Source: a virus
Direction: 5' to 3' (one strand)
DNA: 64,000 nucleotides
IMG/VR virus record: IMGVR_UViG_3300045988_149468
Location: 75,803-139,802 of that record
The position numbers and the translations under genes were made by a program. Below, piece after piece: positions 9,029 through 18,070 of the stretch (its first letter is position 1; every line of letters begins with the position of its first letter). The notes under the pieces were generated by a model. The model ran no database searches. It was not told where the DNA came from and was given only the letters and a program-made list of their open reading frames with translations.

Positions 9029-9043
9029 ATTTATTTTTAATTG

Positions 9044-9424
9044 TTAATCTGTTGTATCTTGTATCATTTCAATTATATATTTCTCTGGTATTGTGTTAAT
9101 TTCTATAAGATTTTGACAAGCTCTAATACCAACAAAGAAAAATATTATAACTATTATTGGCGTGATTACAGCACAACCTATTGTTATTACATCATCATAA
9201 TATGTATCTTCTGACCATTTAATAAGTTTGACAGACAAATATATAGATATTATTATTGTTAATATTGATATAACTAACCAAAATATACTAGTGTAAGTTA
9301 TATATTTAGTTATTCTAACCATTAAATCTTGTAAGTAAGGAATTATATTACTTGATGACCAATCAATTGCTATTCCGAACTTATCACATATATGATCTAA
9401 AACTTTAATCGCTTCATTACTCAT
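9044..9424 (-). CDS. membrane protein, unknown function
   Basis: Two long hydrophobic segments. SD aaggaggg precedes the ATG. Confidence 0.45.
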   Translation of the reverse strand: MSNEAIKVLDHICDKFGIAIDWSSSNIIPYLQDLMVRITKYITYTSIFWLVISILTIIISIYLSVKLIKWSEDTYYDDVITIGCAVITPIIVIIFFFVGIRACQNLIEINTIPEKYIIEMIQDTTD

Positions 9425-9436
9425 ATTTAACCCTCC

Positions 9437-9706
9437 TTATATTGTAGGTTTGAAATCTCTATTGTAAGCTGATATAAATTCACTAACATCTCTAATTAAC
9501 CATTCTTTTTCATATTTACCTCTTGAAAACATAAACCAATCTACTTTTTTATTATTTCTCCATACTTCTATATAATTTGATTCAGTAGAAAATATTGAAT
9601 CTAAAGCTTTCATTGGATTTTCTGTAACTCTTAATACTTCCCAATCGTCACAAGGTGAAGAATACATACAAACATAAGTTGTTGTACATTTATCTTTATC
9701 AATCAT
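9437..9706 (-). CDS. hypothetical protein
   Basis: Internal ATG 9706 follows SD aagggag and avoids overlap with the upstream gene. The track ORF extends to 9799. Confidence 0.45.
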   Translation of the reverse strand: MIDKDKCTTTYVCMYSSPCDDWEVLRVTENPMKALDSIFSTESNYIEVWRNNKKVDWFMFSRGKYEKEWLIRDVSEFISAYNRDFKPTI

Positions 9707-9719
9707 CACAAACACTCCC

Positions 9720-10133
9720 TTATTCATCATCTTCTGATTTAAACACCATAGTGTGACCTTTATTTTCCGTTGAATAATCATTAACGGTAGTACCATCAAG
9801 TACTGTACTAAATCCTAAATCTTTTTTATTTAACACCTCACATGATGTTGTTACACATTCTATGCTTTCACCTAATAGAGAATTTAAAAACAAATCTACA
9901 TCATCAATTAAATATTTTTGTTTAAATTTATGACCTCTAAATACAATATCTAAATTAGATTTTCTAACTACTATTGGTTCTGGTATTTTTAACTTTAATT
10001 CTCTTGCTACATCTTTAATATGTTTAGCTTGATATTCAGTATGACAAAGTATTGGATATTCCATTCTAGCACTACGTTTTACTAAAAAGTATGTTTTACC
10101 TCTGCCTCTATCTAAATTTACTATTTCCATCAT
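9720..10133 (-). CDS. hypothetical protein with P-loop-like GRGKT near the N-terminus
   Basis: LDRGRGKTYF motif. Too short (137 aa) to assign a family. Confidence 0.35.
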   Translation of the reverse strand: MMEIVNLDRGRGKTYFLVKRSARMEYPILCHTEYQAKHIKDVARELKLKIPEPIVVRKSNLDIVFRGHKFKQKYLIDDVDLFLNSLLGESIECVTTSCEVLNKKDLGFSTVLDGTTVNDYSTENKGHTMVFKSEDDE

Positions 10134-10162
10134 TTATTTCCCTCCATATTTGTTTAAATTAA

Positions 10163-10360
10163 TCATTGTTTTCTTCCTTTCATTTTCCTTTCTTCTAGTA
10201 TTATTTCTCCAATTATATAAGAAAGATATATCCCTAATGCTATAAATAATAAATTACTACCTATTTTAGTTGAAAAACTAAAAAATATAAATGCTGTTAT
10301 AAGAATTATTGGTATTGATCCAATTATAATAGCTTGAATTATTTGTTTAAATTTATTCAT
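10163..10360 (-). CDS. small membrane protein
   Basis: Two hydrophobic helices; co-oriented and packed with neighbours. Confidence 0.4.
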   Translation of the reverse strand: MNKFKQIIQAIIIGSIPIILITAFIFFSFSTKIGSNLLFIALGIYLSYIIGEIILEERKMKGRKQ

Positions 10361-10649
10361 TATTTAATTCCTCCAATGGTAATATCTCTTCTAATAAATA
10401 AAAATCAGATTGTTTAGCTAAATCATAATCTATTATTTCATCTCTTACAAATTTAATAAATTCTTTATCAACTTCTCCAAATTCTAATAGTTTAACAGTA
10501 CTTTCATCAGATGATTCTATTTTATTAACTAAACCATTTGTTAATTTATTCGCTGTAACTAAGGCTTTTGTTAATGATTTTAATTCACCACTTTCTTCCA
10601 TATCTATTGCTGAAAAATCACATTGACCATTAACGTATATTATCTTCAT
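10353..10649 (-). CDS. hypothetical acidic protein
   Basis: SD aaaggag. No motif recognised. Confidence 0.4.
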   Translation of the reverse strand: MKIIYVNGQCDFSAIDMEESGELKSLTKALVTANKLTNGLVNKIESSDESTVKLLEFGEVDKEFIKFVRDEIIDYDLAKQSDFYLLEEILPLEELNNE

Positions 10650-10702
10650 TCTTATCTCCTTTCTAAAAATAAATCTCTATTTCATAATCTTTTAAATTAT
10701 TG

Positions 10703-10927
10703 TCAACTATTTTTATTTTCATATTCTAATATTTTATTAAGAACATCAGTTTGTATATCTTGAAAAATATCTAATCTAATTTTTAATTTCTCTATTTCTT
10801 TATTCAAACATTCTCTTAACTCACTTGATATACTATAGCCTAAAAGATTCTCCATAGCCTTTATTTTATTCTTTATTGGGTCTTGCTTTCTTTCAAATAA
10901 ATTATTCATTTCATTATATAAGATCAT
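10703..10927 (-). CDS. hypothetical coiled-coil protein
   Basis: ATG 10927 follows SD aaaggag. The track N-terminal extension overlaps the small upstream ORF. Confidence 0.4.
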   Translation of the reverse strand: MILYNEMNNLFERKQDPIKNKIKAMENLLGYSISSELRECLNKEIEKLKIRLDIFQDIQTDVLNKILEYENKNS

Positions 10928-10938
10928 ATTATTCTCCT

Positions 10939-11094
10939 TTATTTTTTTAATAATAAAACTGTTATAACATAAATTATTATTTCTAATAATGTGACTATTA
11001 CTACTGGTGCGAACACTACCCACCAAGAAATAGTAATTAATTTTAATAATTTTAAAACTAATAATACTATTGTAATTGCTCCAGATAATGACAT
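10939..11094 (-). CDS. small hydrophobic membrane protein (51 aa, below track cutoff)
   Basis: SD aagggagg 6 nt before ATG 11094. Translates to MSLSGAITIVLLVLKLLKLITISWWVVFAPVVIVTLLEIIIYVITVLLLKK. Confidence 0.4.
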   Translation of the reverse strand: MSLSGAITIVLLVLKLLKLITISWWVVFAPVVIVTLLEIIIYVITVLLLKK

Positions 11095-11148
11095 AAAATT
11101 TCCTCCCTTATTTTAAAATAAAATTCAGATTTTATTGTTATATTTTAA

Positions 11149-11192
11149 AGATGCCTAATAGAATAGTCATATGACCGTCCTAGAAGGCATCT
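11149..11192 (-). terminator. possible terminator / structured element after ORF 11205..11435
   Basis: 8-bp stem agatgcct / aggcatct enclosing the inner palindrome gtcatatgac. A locally GC-richer patch with a weak U-run. Confidence 0.3.
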
Positions 11193-11204
11193 CAGCTTAT
11201 TTAA

Positions 11205-11435
11205 CTAACTTTCTAACAAATATGAGTACCAAACCCATATACCACTATCGCATTCGAGTTTATATTCGGGTATATTTTCATCGTCCCAATTTTCTTTATC
11301 AATTACTTCCTTAACTCTTGTTTCTTTTCCACCATATTTAATCATAGATTTTACTAAATCAAATTTATCTTCTTTATATAATCCTTGTAGTATTTCTTTA
11401 GGTTTTATTTTAACTTTATCCCCTATTTTAAACAT
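11205..11435 (-). CDS. hypothetical protein
   Basis: ORF with SD. N-terminus KIGDKVKIKP is SH3/KOW-like by eye. Confidence 0.4.
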   Translation of the reverse strand: MFKIGDKVKIKPKEILQGLYKEDKFDLVKSMIKYGGKETRVKEVIDKENWDDENIPEYKLECDSGIWVWYSYLLES

Positions 11436-11453
11436 ATATTACCACCTTATCAT

Positions 11454-12233
11454 TTATTTAGTTCCTGTAGAGCCATCATTGTCAGTATTGTTGTATTGAT
11501 TATTTTCTAATTTTTTATAATTGTCCATGCATTCTTTGGAACAAAATTTACTTGATTTATCTCTCGATTTTATTACCTCGTATTCTTTCCCACAAAATTT
11601 ACATATCTTTTTTACTGAATTTAATTTATGTTTTTCACCTTGATGTATTTTAGCGTGTTCACTTCTAGTAACAATTAGAAGATTACTTATGGAATTATTT
11701 CTTTTATTTTTATCTATATGATGTACGTCCAAATTAGGATTTAAAACTTTTGCTCCGTTTATATAGATTAAATCACTTTCTTTGGCTAGATATTTTTCTG
11801 CCAAATATCTATGTTCTAAAATTCTTCCATCTCTATCCGATAAAGGATGATTAGGTTTATATATTTTTAAATATCCATTTGAAGTTATACGATTATCATT
11901 TCTCCAACTTGAATTTTTATTGCCTTTCACTCCATATTGATGATTATTTTCACCAAGCATAGTTATCTTTTTTGACTCATAAAAACATTGTTTAGAACAA
12001 TAATTATTTTTGGATTTTTTTATATGAGATTCTTTTTTATGAAAATATTTGCCACAGTTATCACATTTACAATTATTTTTAGTCATTTTCTTTCTATATT
12101 CACCTTCACATTTTTTACAACAAAAAGCCAACGCCCTAGTTAATCTTTCTTTATGATATATGAAGATTAACTTTCCACAATTATTACATATCCTAAATCC
12201 TTTTATTTTTCCTTTACTTGCCACTACTACCAA
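11454..12233 (-). CDS. HNH homing endonuclease with repeated CxxC zinc-ribbon modules
   Basis: DVHHIDKNKRNNSISNLLIVTRSEHAKIH is an HNH core, with at least 5 CxxC pairs upstream. The start is uncertain (TTG 12233 or GTG 12224). Confidence 0.7.
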   Translation of the reverse strand: MVVVASKGKIKGFRICNNCGKLIFIYHKERLTRALAFCCKKCEGEYRKKMTKNNCKCDNCGKYFHKKESHIKKSKNNYCSKQCFYESKKITMLGENNHQYGVKGNKNSSWRNDNRITSNGYLKIYKPNHPLSDRDGRILEHRYLAEKYLAKESDLIYINGAKVLNPNLDVHHIDKNKRNNSISNLLIVTRSEHAKIHQGEKHKLNSVKKICKFCGKEYEVIKSRDKSSKFCSKECMDNYKKLENNQYNNTDNDGSTGTK

Positions 12234-12759
12234 ACCCCCCTGTTCTTTCTTTATTTATACAACAGTCATCATCGGTAGTTAAATATTTTTCAAATATACA
12301 TTGACAAACTCGTTCATTTTCTTCTAACACCACTTCTTTATCCGTTGTATTATACAGTTTAACCCCTATATTTCTAGGGTAATATGATGCATCTATTATT
12401 CCAGTTCCATTAGAAAGAATAAGTCCTTTTTTGCACCCGATACTACTTCTAACAAATATTTTTAAAACTTCATCATCTTGCATATAAGCACATATATCTG
12501 TAAACTCTAATTCAGAATGCGAATGTGGTGGAATAACCATTCTACATGGTACACGTAAATCATATCCTGCACTACATTTATCATTTCTTTGTGGTAATTG
12601 AATATTTACTTCTGGATGTTTTCTAAATTCATCTCTCACCAATTCAAAACCTCTTATTTTCATATTTGCATCTCCTCCATTAACTATTTTATCGTATTTT
12701 TCTAATGCTCTTGCATAATTTTTATATTTATTCATAAATTCATAAGTCAAGCATATCAA
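12214..12759 (-). CDS. dut: dUTP pyrophosphatase (trimeric dUTPase)
   Basis: AGYDLRVP, VRSSIG and GTGIIDASY motifs. Either ATG 12759 (SD aggagg) or ATG 12663 (SD ggaggag, MKIRGFEL) could be the start. Confidence 0.75.
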   Translation of the reverse strand: MICLTYEFMNKYKNYARALEKYDKIVNGGDANMKIRGFELVRDEFRKHPEVNIQLPQRNDKCSAGYDLRVPCRMVIPPHSHSELEFTDICAYMQDDEVLKIFVRSSIGCKKGLILSNGTGIIDASYYPRNIGVKLYNTTDKEVVLEENERVCQCIFEKYLTTDDDCCINKERTGGFGSSGK

Positions 12760-12764
12760 ACCTC

Positions 12765-12980
12765 CTAGTTTTTTTTAATAAATCCTATCATCTTTAAAGT
12801 ATCGTCAAATAACCAATTGATTAATAAATCACCTATAGTTAAACCTACTATAAATACAATAAATGATTCGAATTTGTAAAGTGTGTTTCCAAATATATTA
12901 GCATATATAATCACTACTATATACAAACTTAAAAAATTAACACAAGCATTTCTCATTGCTTTAAATATTTTATTCCACAT
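12765..12980 (-). CDS. small membrane protein
   Basis: Two hydrophobic helices. Confidence 0.4.
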   Translation of the reverse strand: MWNKIFKAMRNACVNFLSLYIVVIIYANIFGNTLYKFESFIVFIVGLTIGDLLINWLFDDTLKMIGFIKKN

Positions 12981-12982
12981 AA

Positions 12983-13501
12983 TTATTCTCCTTCAGTTTT
13001 AATTAATATATTTTTTAAATAAGCTAAACCAATACCTATTGCATCACATATATCATCATTTTTGTCCTTATTTTTAGGTATAAATTCAAAATCTATGATG
13101 TTATTTTTAATCAAATAATCATAACATTTTTTCTTTTTATCATTACTTGTGCCTTTATTTATGCCTAATATTTTTCTCCATTCATTCGGGAAGTAATAAT
13201 GAACGTTTATATCGAATCTATTAGCTGTCCTCATAATTCCACCTATTAATTTTCTTAATACTAATATTGTTTTACTATTCACAGATGTAAACTGATCTTC
13301 ACAAACTAGTTCGTCTATTTCATATTTAATTATTAATTGTTCTATTTCATCACATATATAATTAAGTCTTAAATCTTCTGTTTTGAATTTATCTTTTTTA
13401 GTAACTATTTTGCCATATTTTATTAATTGTTCACCTTCAAATATTGCATATCCTGTACTGGCTATACTTGCATCTAAACTTAATAAAATAATAACAATCA
13501 C
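12983..13501 (-). CDS. ruvC: RuvC-like Holliday junction resolvase
   Basis: LSLDASIASTGYAIFE (catalytic Asp motif) and the C-terminal DDICDAIGIG motif. The exact start codon is uncertain. Confidence 0.7.
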   Translation of the reverse strand: MIVIILLSLDASIASTGYAIFEGEQLIKYGKIVTKKDKFKTEDLRLNYICDEIEQLIIKYEIDELVCEDQFTSVNSKTILVLRKLIGGIMRTANRFDINVHYYFPNEWRKILGINKGTSNDKKKKCYDYLIKNNIIDFEFIPKNKDKNDDICDAIGIGLAYLKNILIKTEGE

Positions 13502-13602
13502 CTCCTTCCTTATTAATTATTATATTTGATTATTTATTATTGAATAAGGATTTAATTAAAAATATTAACAATAATATTAATAAATATAATAAACCTTTCA
13601 TT

Positions 13603-13776
13603 CTATTTCTCCTTTAATTCATCTATAGCTGAAGTAAATACATCACACAATGTATAAGCATTTACATCTTCATTTCTATCACAAGTTGATCTTATAGGAC
13701 AATTCACACAACTTTCTATTTCATCTAATGCTCTTGACAATCTTTTAAATATTAATAATAATTTTGTTTCATCCAT
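13603..13776 (-). CDS. small Cys-containing protein (57 aa, below track cutoff)
   Basis: ATG 13776 lies 4 nt after the upstream stop (13780-13782), inside the motif ggagagtaaataATG. Sequence begins MDETKLLLIFKRLSRALDEIESCVNCPIRSTC. Confidence 0.35.
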   Translation of the reverse strand: MDETKLLLIFKRLSRALDEIESCVNCPIRSTCDRNEDVNAYTLCDVFTSAIDELKEK

Positions 13777-13779
13777 TAT

Positions 13780-14358
13780 TTACTCTCCTTGTAAATTTCT
13801 ACTACTCGCCCATAGAAAACAGTAATTGGCAAGATCTACTATTGTATCTGTTATAGATTCATCCCTAACTTCTACTTTTCCATTTTCTAACAAAGAACAT
13901 ATCCTATTGTATTTATCTGTTATTCTCACCAAATAACTTACATCACCAAATTTTTCATATGTGTCTTGTACACTTGAACCATAATCGGCATTTTTACGTT
14001 TGCACAACTTAACAGTTTCATTTACTATTCTTTCATATTCTTCCATGAATGGATTGACAGGATCATCTTCAACTTTTACATTTTTAATTTCTTGTGGTTT
14101 TGATAATTTCGTTAATTCCTCAAACATTTTACAATCTATAATATCTTTCGTAAGATATTTACCCTCTTCAATTATTGGATTGCATAATTCTATTTCATCT
14201 TCGTTGCATTGATAATATTTGTCAGCTTCTATTTGATATTCTTCAAACGATTGTTGTTTGTCATTTTCATCTAAATATTCATTATATCCCCTTGATATTA
14301 TTATCCCTACTATACCATTTGATCTTATTCTTACTTTTTCTCCTAAATTGAATTTCAT
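13780..14358 (-). CDS. DUF1599-like domain protein with an N-terminal SH3/KOW-like segment
   Basis: KRKNADYGSSVQDTYEKFGDVSYLVRITDKYNRICSLL resembles the DUF1599 signature (KN.DYG...R..DK..R). Confidence 0.45.
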   Translation of the reverse strand: MKFNLGEKVRIRSNGIVGIIISRGYNEYLDENDKQQSFEEYQIEADKYYQCNEDEIELCNPIIEEGKYLTKDIIDCKMFEELTKLSKPQEIKNVKVEDDPVNPFMEEYERIVNETVKLCKRKNADYGSSVQDTYEKFGDVSYLVRITDKYNRICSLLENGKVEVRDESITDTIVDLANYCFLWASSRNLQGE

Positions 14359-14410
14359 ATAACTACCCCTTTCTGGAGGGAATTACCCTCCTTATTAATT
14401 TATATATTGT

Positions 14411-14620
14411 TTATAATCTTTCTAATATGAATAAACTTTTATTGTCAAATATACCATATAGATTATCTTTTATATTGATTAACTTATTTGTTTTTAATTT
14501 AATGTGTTTACCTGATGATGTAGTTAAATATGTCTCTTTATCTTGTGTTAATTCACAAGTATCATTGATTATTCCATATAGATTTTTATAATCACTCTTT
14601 AAAAATAATATTTTATACAT
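14411..14620 (-). CDS. hypothetical protein
   Basis: Directly preceded by the canonical promoter-leader cassette. Confidence 0.45.
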   Translation of the reverse strand: MYKILFLKSDYKNLYGIINDTCELTQDKETYLTTSSGKHIKLKTNKLINIKDNLYGIFDNKSLFILERL

Positions 14621-14652
14621 TATATCAGCTCCTTATTAATTTCTATATTAAT

Positions 14653-14681
14653 ATAATAACATAAATGGTATTTATTGTCAA
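14653..14681 (-). promoter_or_regulatory. sigma-A-type promoter, cassette copy
   Basis: Minus strand reads TTGACA, 17 nt, TATTAT, then attaatatagaaattaataaggag and ATG 14620. Confidence 0.65.
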
Positions 14682-14687
14682 TACTTA

Positions 14688-15185
14688 TTATGAAATATAT
14701 TCAAATTCATAATCATAATTATTTGCTTTTTTACCTTTCAATATTGAAGTTATTGTTTTTCTATTCAATTTCAATTCATTAGCACAAGAACGTATTGATT
14801 TAAATATAAATTCTTCTCCTGTAATTTTATGAATTGCTTTAACACCACATCTATATGTGCTTCTGTATAAATTAGAATCATATGAGTGTTGTGTATTTTT
14901 ACTATTAGAAATCCATTCTAAATTTTTAGCATTATTATTTAATTTGTCCCCATCTATATGATTGACCATGCAATTTATATTTGTCTTACCTTCCACAAAT
15001 GCTTCAGCTACTAATTGATGAACTCTTTTATAACATCTTTTCTTATCTTTTCTCAATATTACTTGTTTGTACCCCACATTATCAACCCATTGACATAATT
15101 CTTTTTCTTTAGTTTTAACTCTAGATATCACTATTCCATCATCTGTTATATAATAATTTGGAAAACCTATTATTTCTTTTATCAC
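14688..15185 (-). CDS. HNH homing endonuclease (NUMOD4 / HNH_3 type)
   Basis: IIGFPNYYITDDG (NUMOD4-like) and VNHIDGDKLNNNAKNLEWISNSKNTQH (HNH). GTG 15185 is the likely start; the track ORF starts at TTG 15233. Confidence 0.7.
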   Translation of the reverse strand: MIKEIIGFPNYYITDDGIVISRVKTKEKELCQWVDNVGYKQVILRKDKKRCYKRVHQLVAEAFVEGKTNINCMVNHIDGDKLNNNAKNLEWISNSKNTQHSYDSNLYRSTYRCGVKAIHKITGEEFIFKSIRSCANELKLNRKTITSILKGKKANNYDYEFEYIS

Positions 15186-15353
15186 ATTTAATACCCCACT
15201 CAATATTATATTAATTAAATCCCTCCTACCCAACCCTTTAAATTATTAACTATATAATTTAATCATCATTAATTTGGATAATTGTTTTTCTAAAGTGTTA
15301 ACTATTTGATGCATAAAATCCACCTCCTATTATTAATTTATATATTTAAAATA

Positions 15354-17642
15354 TTATTCACATTTTGTATATGAACAATTAGGGCAAGAAACACAATTTC
15401 CTGTACTATCAAGATCACTTGAACAAATTGGACATTTTCTAAAATTTATTGCAAACCAATCTTCACCATATTTTTTAATCAGTTCTTTTTCTTCATTTGT
15501 AAATTTATTTTCTTCTTTTATTGTTCTATTAGTTTTATAATATCCTAATTCTACTAATTCAGATAAACATTCATTCTGTAATTCTTTTTCGACATCTAAT
15601 AAAGTATATAATATACTTGTTCCACAAGAATTTCCTTTTGATACATATTTTCCTTTCGCCCTAGCTGTTGCATAACTACTACATTTACCTGCTCCTTCAA
15701 AAGATTTTTTATAAGATGCTAATGTACTTCCATGTCTTAATCCATTAGATATTGATATTGCTATATTTTGAATATTCAAAGCACAACCACCAGCTGAGGA
15801 ATTAGTAACATAGACATCAAATATTCTTTTTTCTTTTGGAATTACAGATATATGTAACATCATTTTTCCACAACCCGAATATATTTTTCTTGTAACTTCT
15901 ATTAAATTGTCAGGTTTCTTTTCATATTCACCTCTATGTAATTCATCTTCTATTTTGCTTTCATTGGTAGTTAATATTCCCATCCTTTTGCAACCATCTC
16001 TAAAACAAGTAATACCTTTAAGTCCATACTTCCATGCTTCCATATATATATTTTCTATATCTTCTACTGTTGTATCATTAGGTAAATTTATTGTTGAAGA
16101 TATTCCTGTATCTATATATTTTTGCCAAGTACCTTGCATTTTTATCCTATTTATATAAGATATATCTTGTGATTCAATGAAATAATTTGGTAAATTATCT
16201 GAATTATCATTTGTTACTTGTTTATAGTCTTTTACAATTTGACTATCTACTTTAAAATATTTATCTCCATTACCTAAACTTTCTGTCTTTCTATTATATG
16301 AGAACCTAAAATTAGGTTCAATACCAGTTGATGTACCTAGCATAGTCCCTATGCTTCCAGTAGGAGCAATAGAAGTTAATGATACATTTCTTAATCCATT
16401 TTCTTTAACTATCTCTTTTACTTCATCGCATATTATATCATTATACAATTTAGATTTTAATAAAGAATAATAATTATAATTAGGGAAAACGCCCTGTTCT
16501 TTAGCTAATAATGAAGATTGTTTTATGCATTCGTTTATAAAGATATTTCCTAAATCTTCACTAAATTTTAATGATTGTTCATCTCCATATGTAAATCCTA
16601 ATTTAATAAATGTATCAGAAAGTCCCATTATACCTATACCAACTTGTCTCCATAATTTCGATTGATCTTGTTGCTCTTTTAATGGTAATCTATAAATGTT
16701 TTCATCTAATACTTCATTCATAGCTCTAACTACTACTTTAATTGCTTTTATAAATGATTCATAATCAAATTTTGAATCATTTGTAAATGGATTTAAAACA
16801 AATTCCGATAAATTTAATGATGAAAGCAAACATGAGGAATTTTCTGATAAAGGTTGCTCACCACATGGATTTGTTGAAGTTATATTATAATTTTCATAAC
16901 CATTTGTAAGATTATAATTTTGTATTCTATTATTAAATAAACAACCAGGTTCTCCCATTTCATGATTATTCTCACATAATTTTCTAAATATCTTTCTTGC
17001 ATTTACATTTTTTTTCAAAATATCTCCATGCTCAGTTATAAATTTTAATTCCCAATCTTTATTATTTTCGACAGCTTTCATGAATTTATCATTAACTTTA
17101 ACTGATATATTCGCCTTAGTAACCCTATCTAAATCTTTTTTTATATCTATAAATTCTTCAATATCAGGATGATCTATTTCCATTGTCAACATCAAAGCAC
17201 CTTTCCTGTTGTTTTGTCCTATTATTTCTGTAGTTAATGAATATAAATCCATGAAACTAACTGCCCCTGTTGTTGTCTTAGCACTATTATTAACTTTCAT
17301 TCCATTAGGTCTTAAATTACTAATATCAAAACCTACTCCACCACCAAAGCTGAATACTCTTGCTGATTTTTTAGCTGTATCAAATATTGATTCTATACTA
17401 TCTTTAGGTGCTGGAATTACAAAACAATTTGACATACAACTATTATTATTTATTCCTCTATTTGAAAGTATGCGTCCTCCAAATAAAAATTTCTTATCTA
17501 TTATTAACTGTTTTAATTCTTTATCCCCATTTGATATTCTATCTAGCCATTCATCGAATGTTTCATTATCATATTGATATTTATTTTTCCATATATCTTG
17601 TCCTAATTTATTGTCTTTTCCTAACCACTCTTGTACTAACAT
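15354..17642 (-). CDS. nrdJ: ribonucleotide reductase, class II (adenosylcobalamin-dependent)
   Basis: GGGVGFDISNLRPNG, TTGAVSFM and TNPCGEQPL (a class II-type active-site loop, not the class I NLCxE). C-terminal CPICS...CVSCPNC zinc ribbon. Confidence 0.8.
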   Translation of the reverse strand: MLVQEWLGKDNKLGQDIWKNKYQYDNETFDEWLDRISNGDKELKQLIIDKKFLFGGRILSNRGINNNSCMSNCFVIPAPKDSIESIFDTAKKSARVFSFGGGVGFDISNLRPNGMKVNNSAKTTTGAVSFMDLYSLTTEIIGQNNRKGALMLTMEIDHPDIEEFIDIKKDLDRVTKANISVKVNDKFMKAVENNKDWELKFITEHGDILKKNVNARKIFRKLCENNHEMGEPGCLFNNRIQNYNLTNGYENYNITSTNPCGEQPLSENSSCLLSSLNLSEFVLNPFTNDSKFDYESFIKAIKVVVRAMNEVLDENIYRLPLKEQQDQSKLWRQVGIGIMGLSDTFIKLGFTYGDEQSLKFSEDLGNIFINECIKQSSLLAKEQGVFPNYNYYSLLKSKLYNDIICDEVKEIVKENGLRNVSLTSIAPTGSIGTMLGTSTGIEPNFRFSYNRKTESLGNGDKYFKVDSQIVKDYKQVTNDNSDNLPNYFIESQDISYINRIKMQGTWQKYIDTGISSTINLPNDTTVEDIENIYMEAWKYGLKGITCFRDGCKRMGILTTNESKIEDELHRGEYEKKPDNLIEVTRKIYSGCGKMMLHISVIPKEKRIFDVYVTNSSAGGCALNIQNIAISISNGLRHGSTLASYKKSFEGAGKCSSYATARAKGKYVSKGNSCGTSILYTLLDVEKELQNECLSELVELGYYKTNRTIKEENKFTNEEKELIKKYGEDWFAINFRKCPICSSDLDSTGNCVSCPNCSYTKCE

Positions 17643-17673
17643 ATAATCACTCCTTATTAATTAATATATTGAA

Positions 17674-17814
17674 TTATTTATCTTTAGCTACTAAATCATA
17701 ATTATTTAATAACCATTTTAATAAACAATCAACAAATTCTTCTGTTCTACATATTCTGTCACATTCTTTATTTTCACAATATTGTTCGTGTTTATTTAAT
17801 AACTCCTCCATCAT
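17674..17814 (-). CDS. small Cys-rich protein (46 aa, below track cutoff)
   Basis: SD ggagatg before ATGATG. Sequence MMEELLNKHEQYCENKECDRICRTEEF... Confidence 0.3.
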   Translation of the reverse strand: MMEELLNKHEQYCENKECDRICRTEEFVDCLLKWLLNNYDLVAKDK

Positions 17815-17896
17815 TATTATCATCTCCAAATACAAATTTCTCTATTAAACAAAGCACAATTATTAAACCTATTAATCCACCTATTACTTTAATCAT
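17792..17896 (-). CDS. small membrane peptide (34 aa)
   Basis: SD ggtgga 5 nt before ATG 17896. Sequence MIKVIGGLIGLIIVLCLIEKFVFG... Confidence 0.3.
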   Translation of the reverse strand: MIKVIGGLIGLIIVLCLIEKFVFGDDNNDGGVIK

Positions 17897-18053
17897 CTTC
17901 GTCCACCATCATTTCTAATTCATCTTTAAACTGTAATTCATATTCATCATCTATACATTTCATATTACCTTTTTCATCATAAGTAATATATAAATGTAAC
18001 ATAAAACTTGGCACTTCTCTTTTTGTCTTCTTATTTATAATCCTTACCTTCAA
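17889..18053 (-). CDS. small protein (54 aa, TTG start)
   Basis: Leader-motif SD taggaggtgg followed by TTG 18053. Confidence 0.3.
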   Translation of the reverse strand: MKVRIINKKTKREVPSFMLHLYITYDEKGNMKCIDDEYELQFKDELEMMVDEDD

Positions 18054-18070
18054 ATAACCACCTCCTATTA

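Noticed and set aside
9720-10133. GRGKT motif suggesting a terminase or helicase fragment
   Set aside because: The ORF has only 137 aa, no Walker B or further motifs are visible, and the context is small early genes. It is left as hypothetical.
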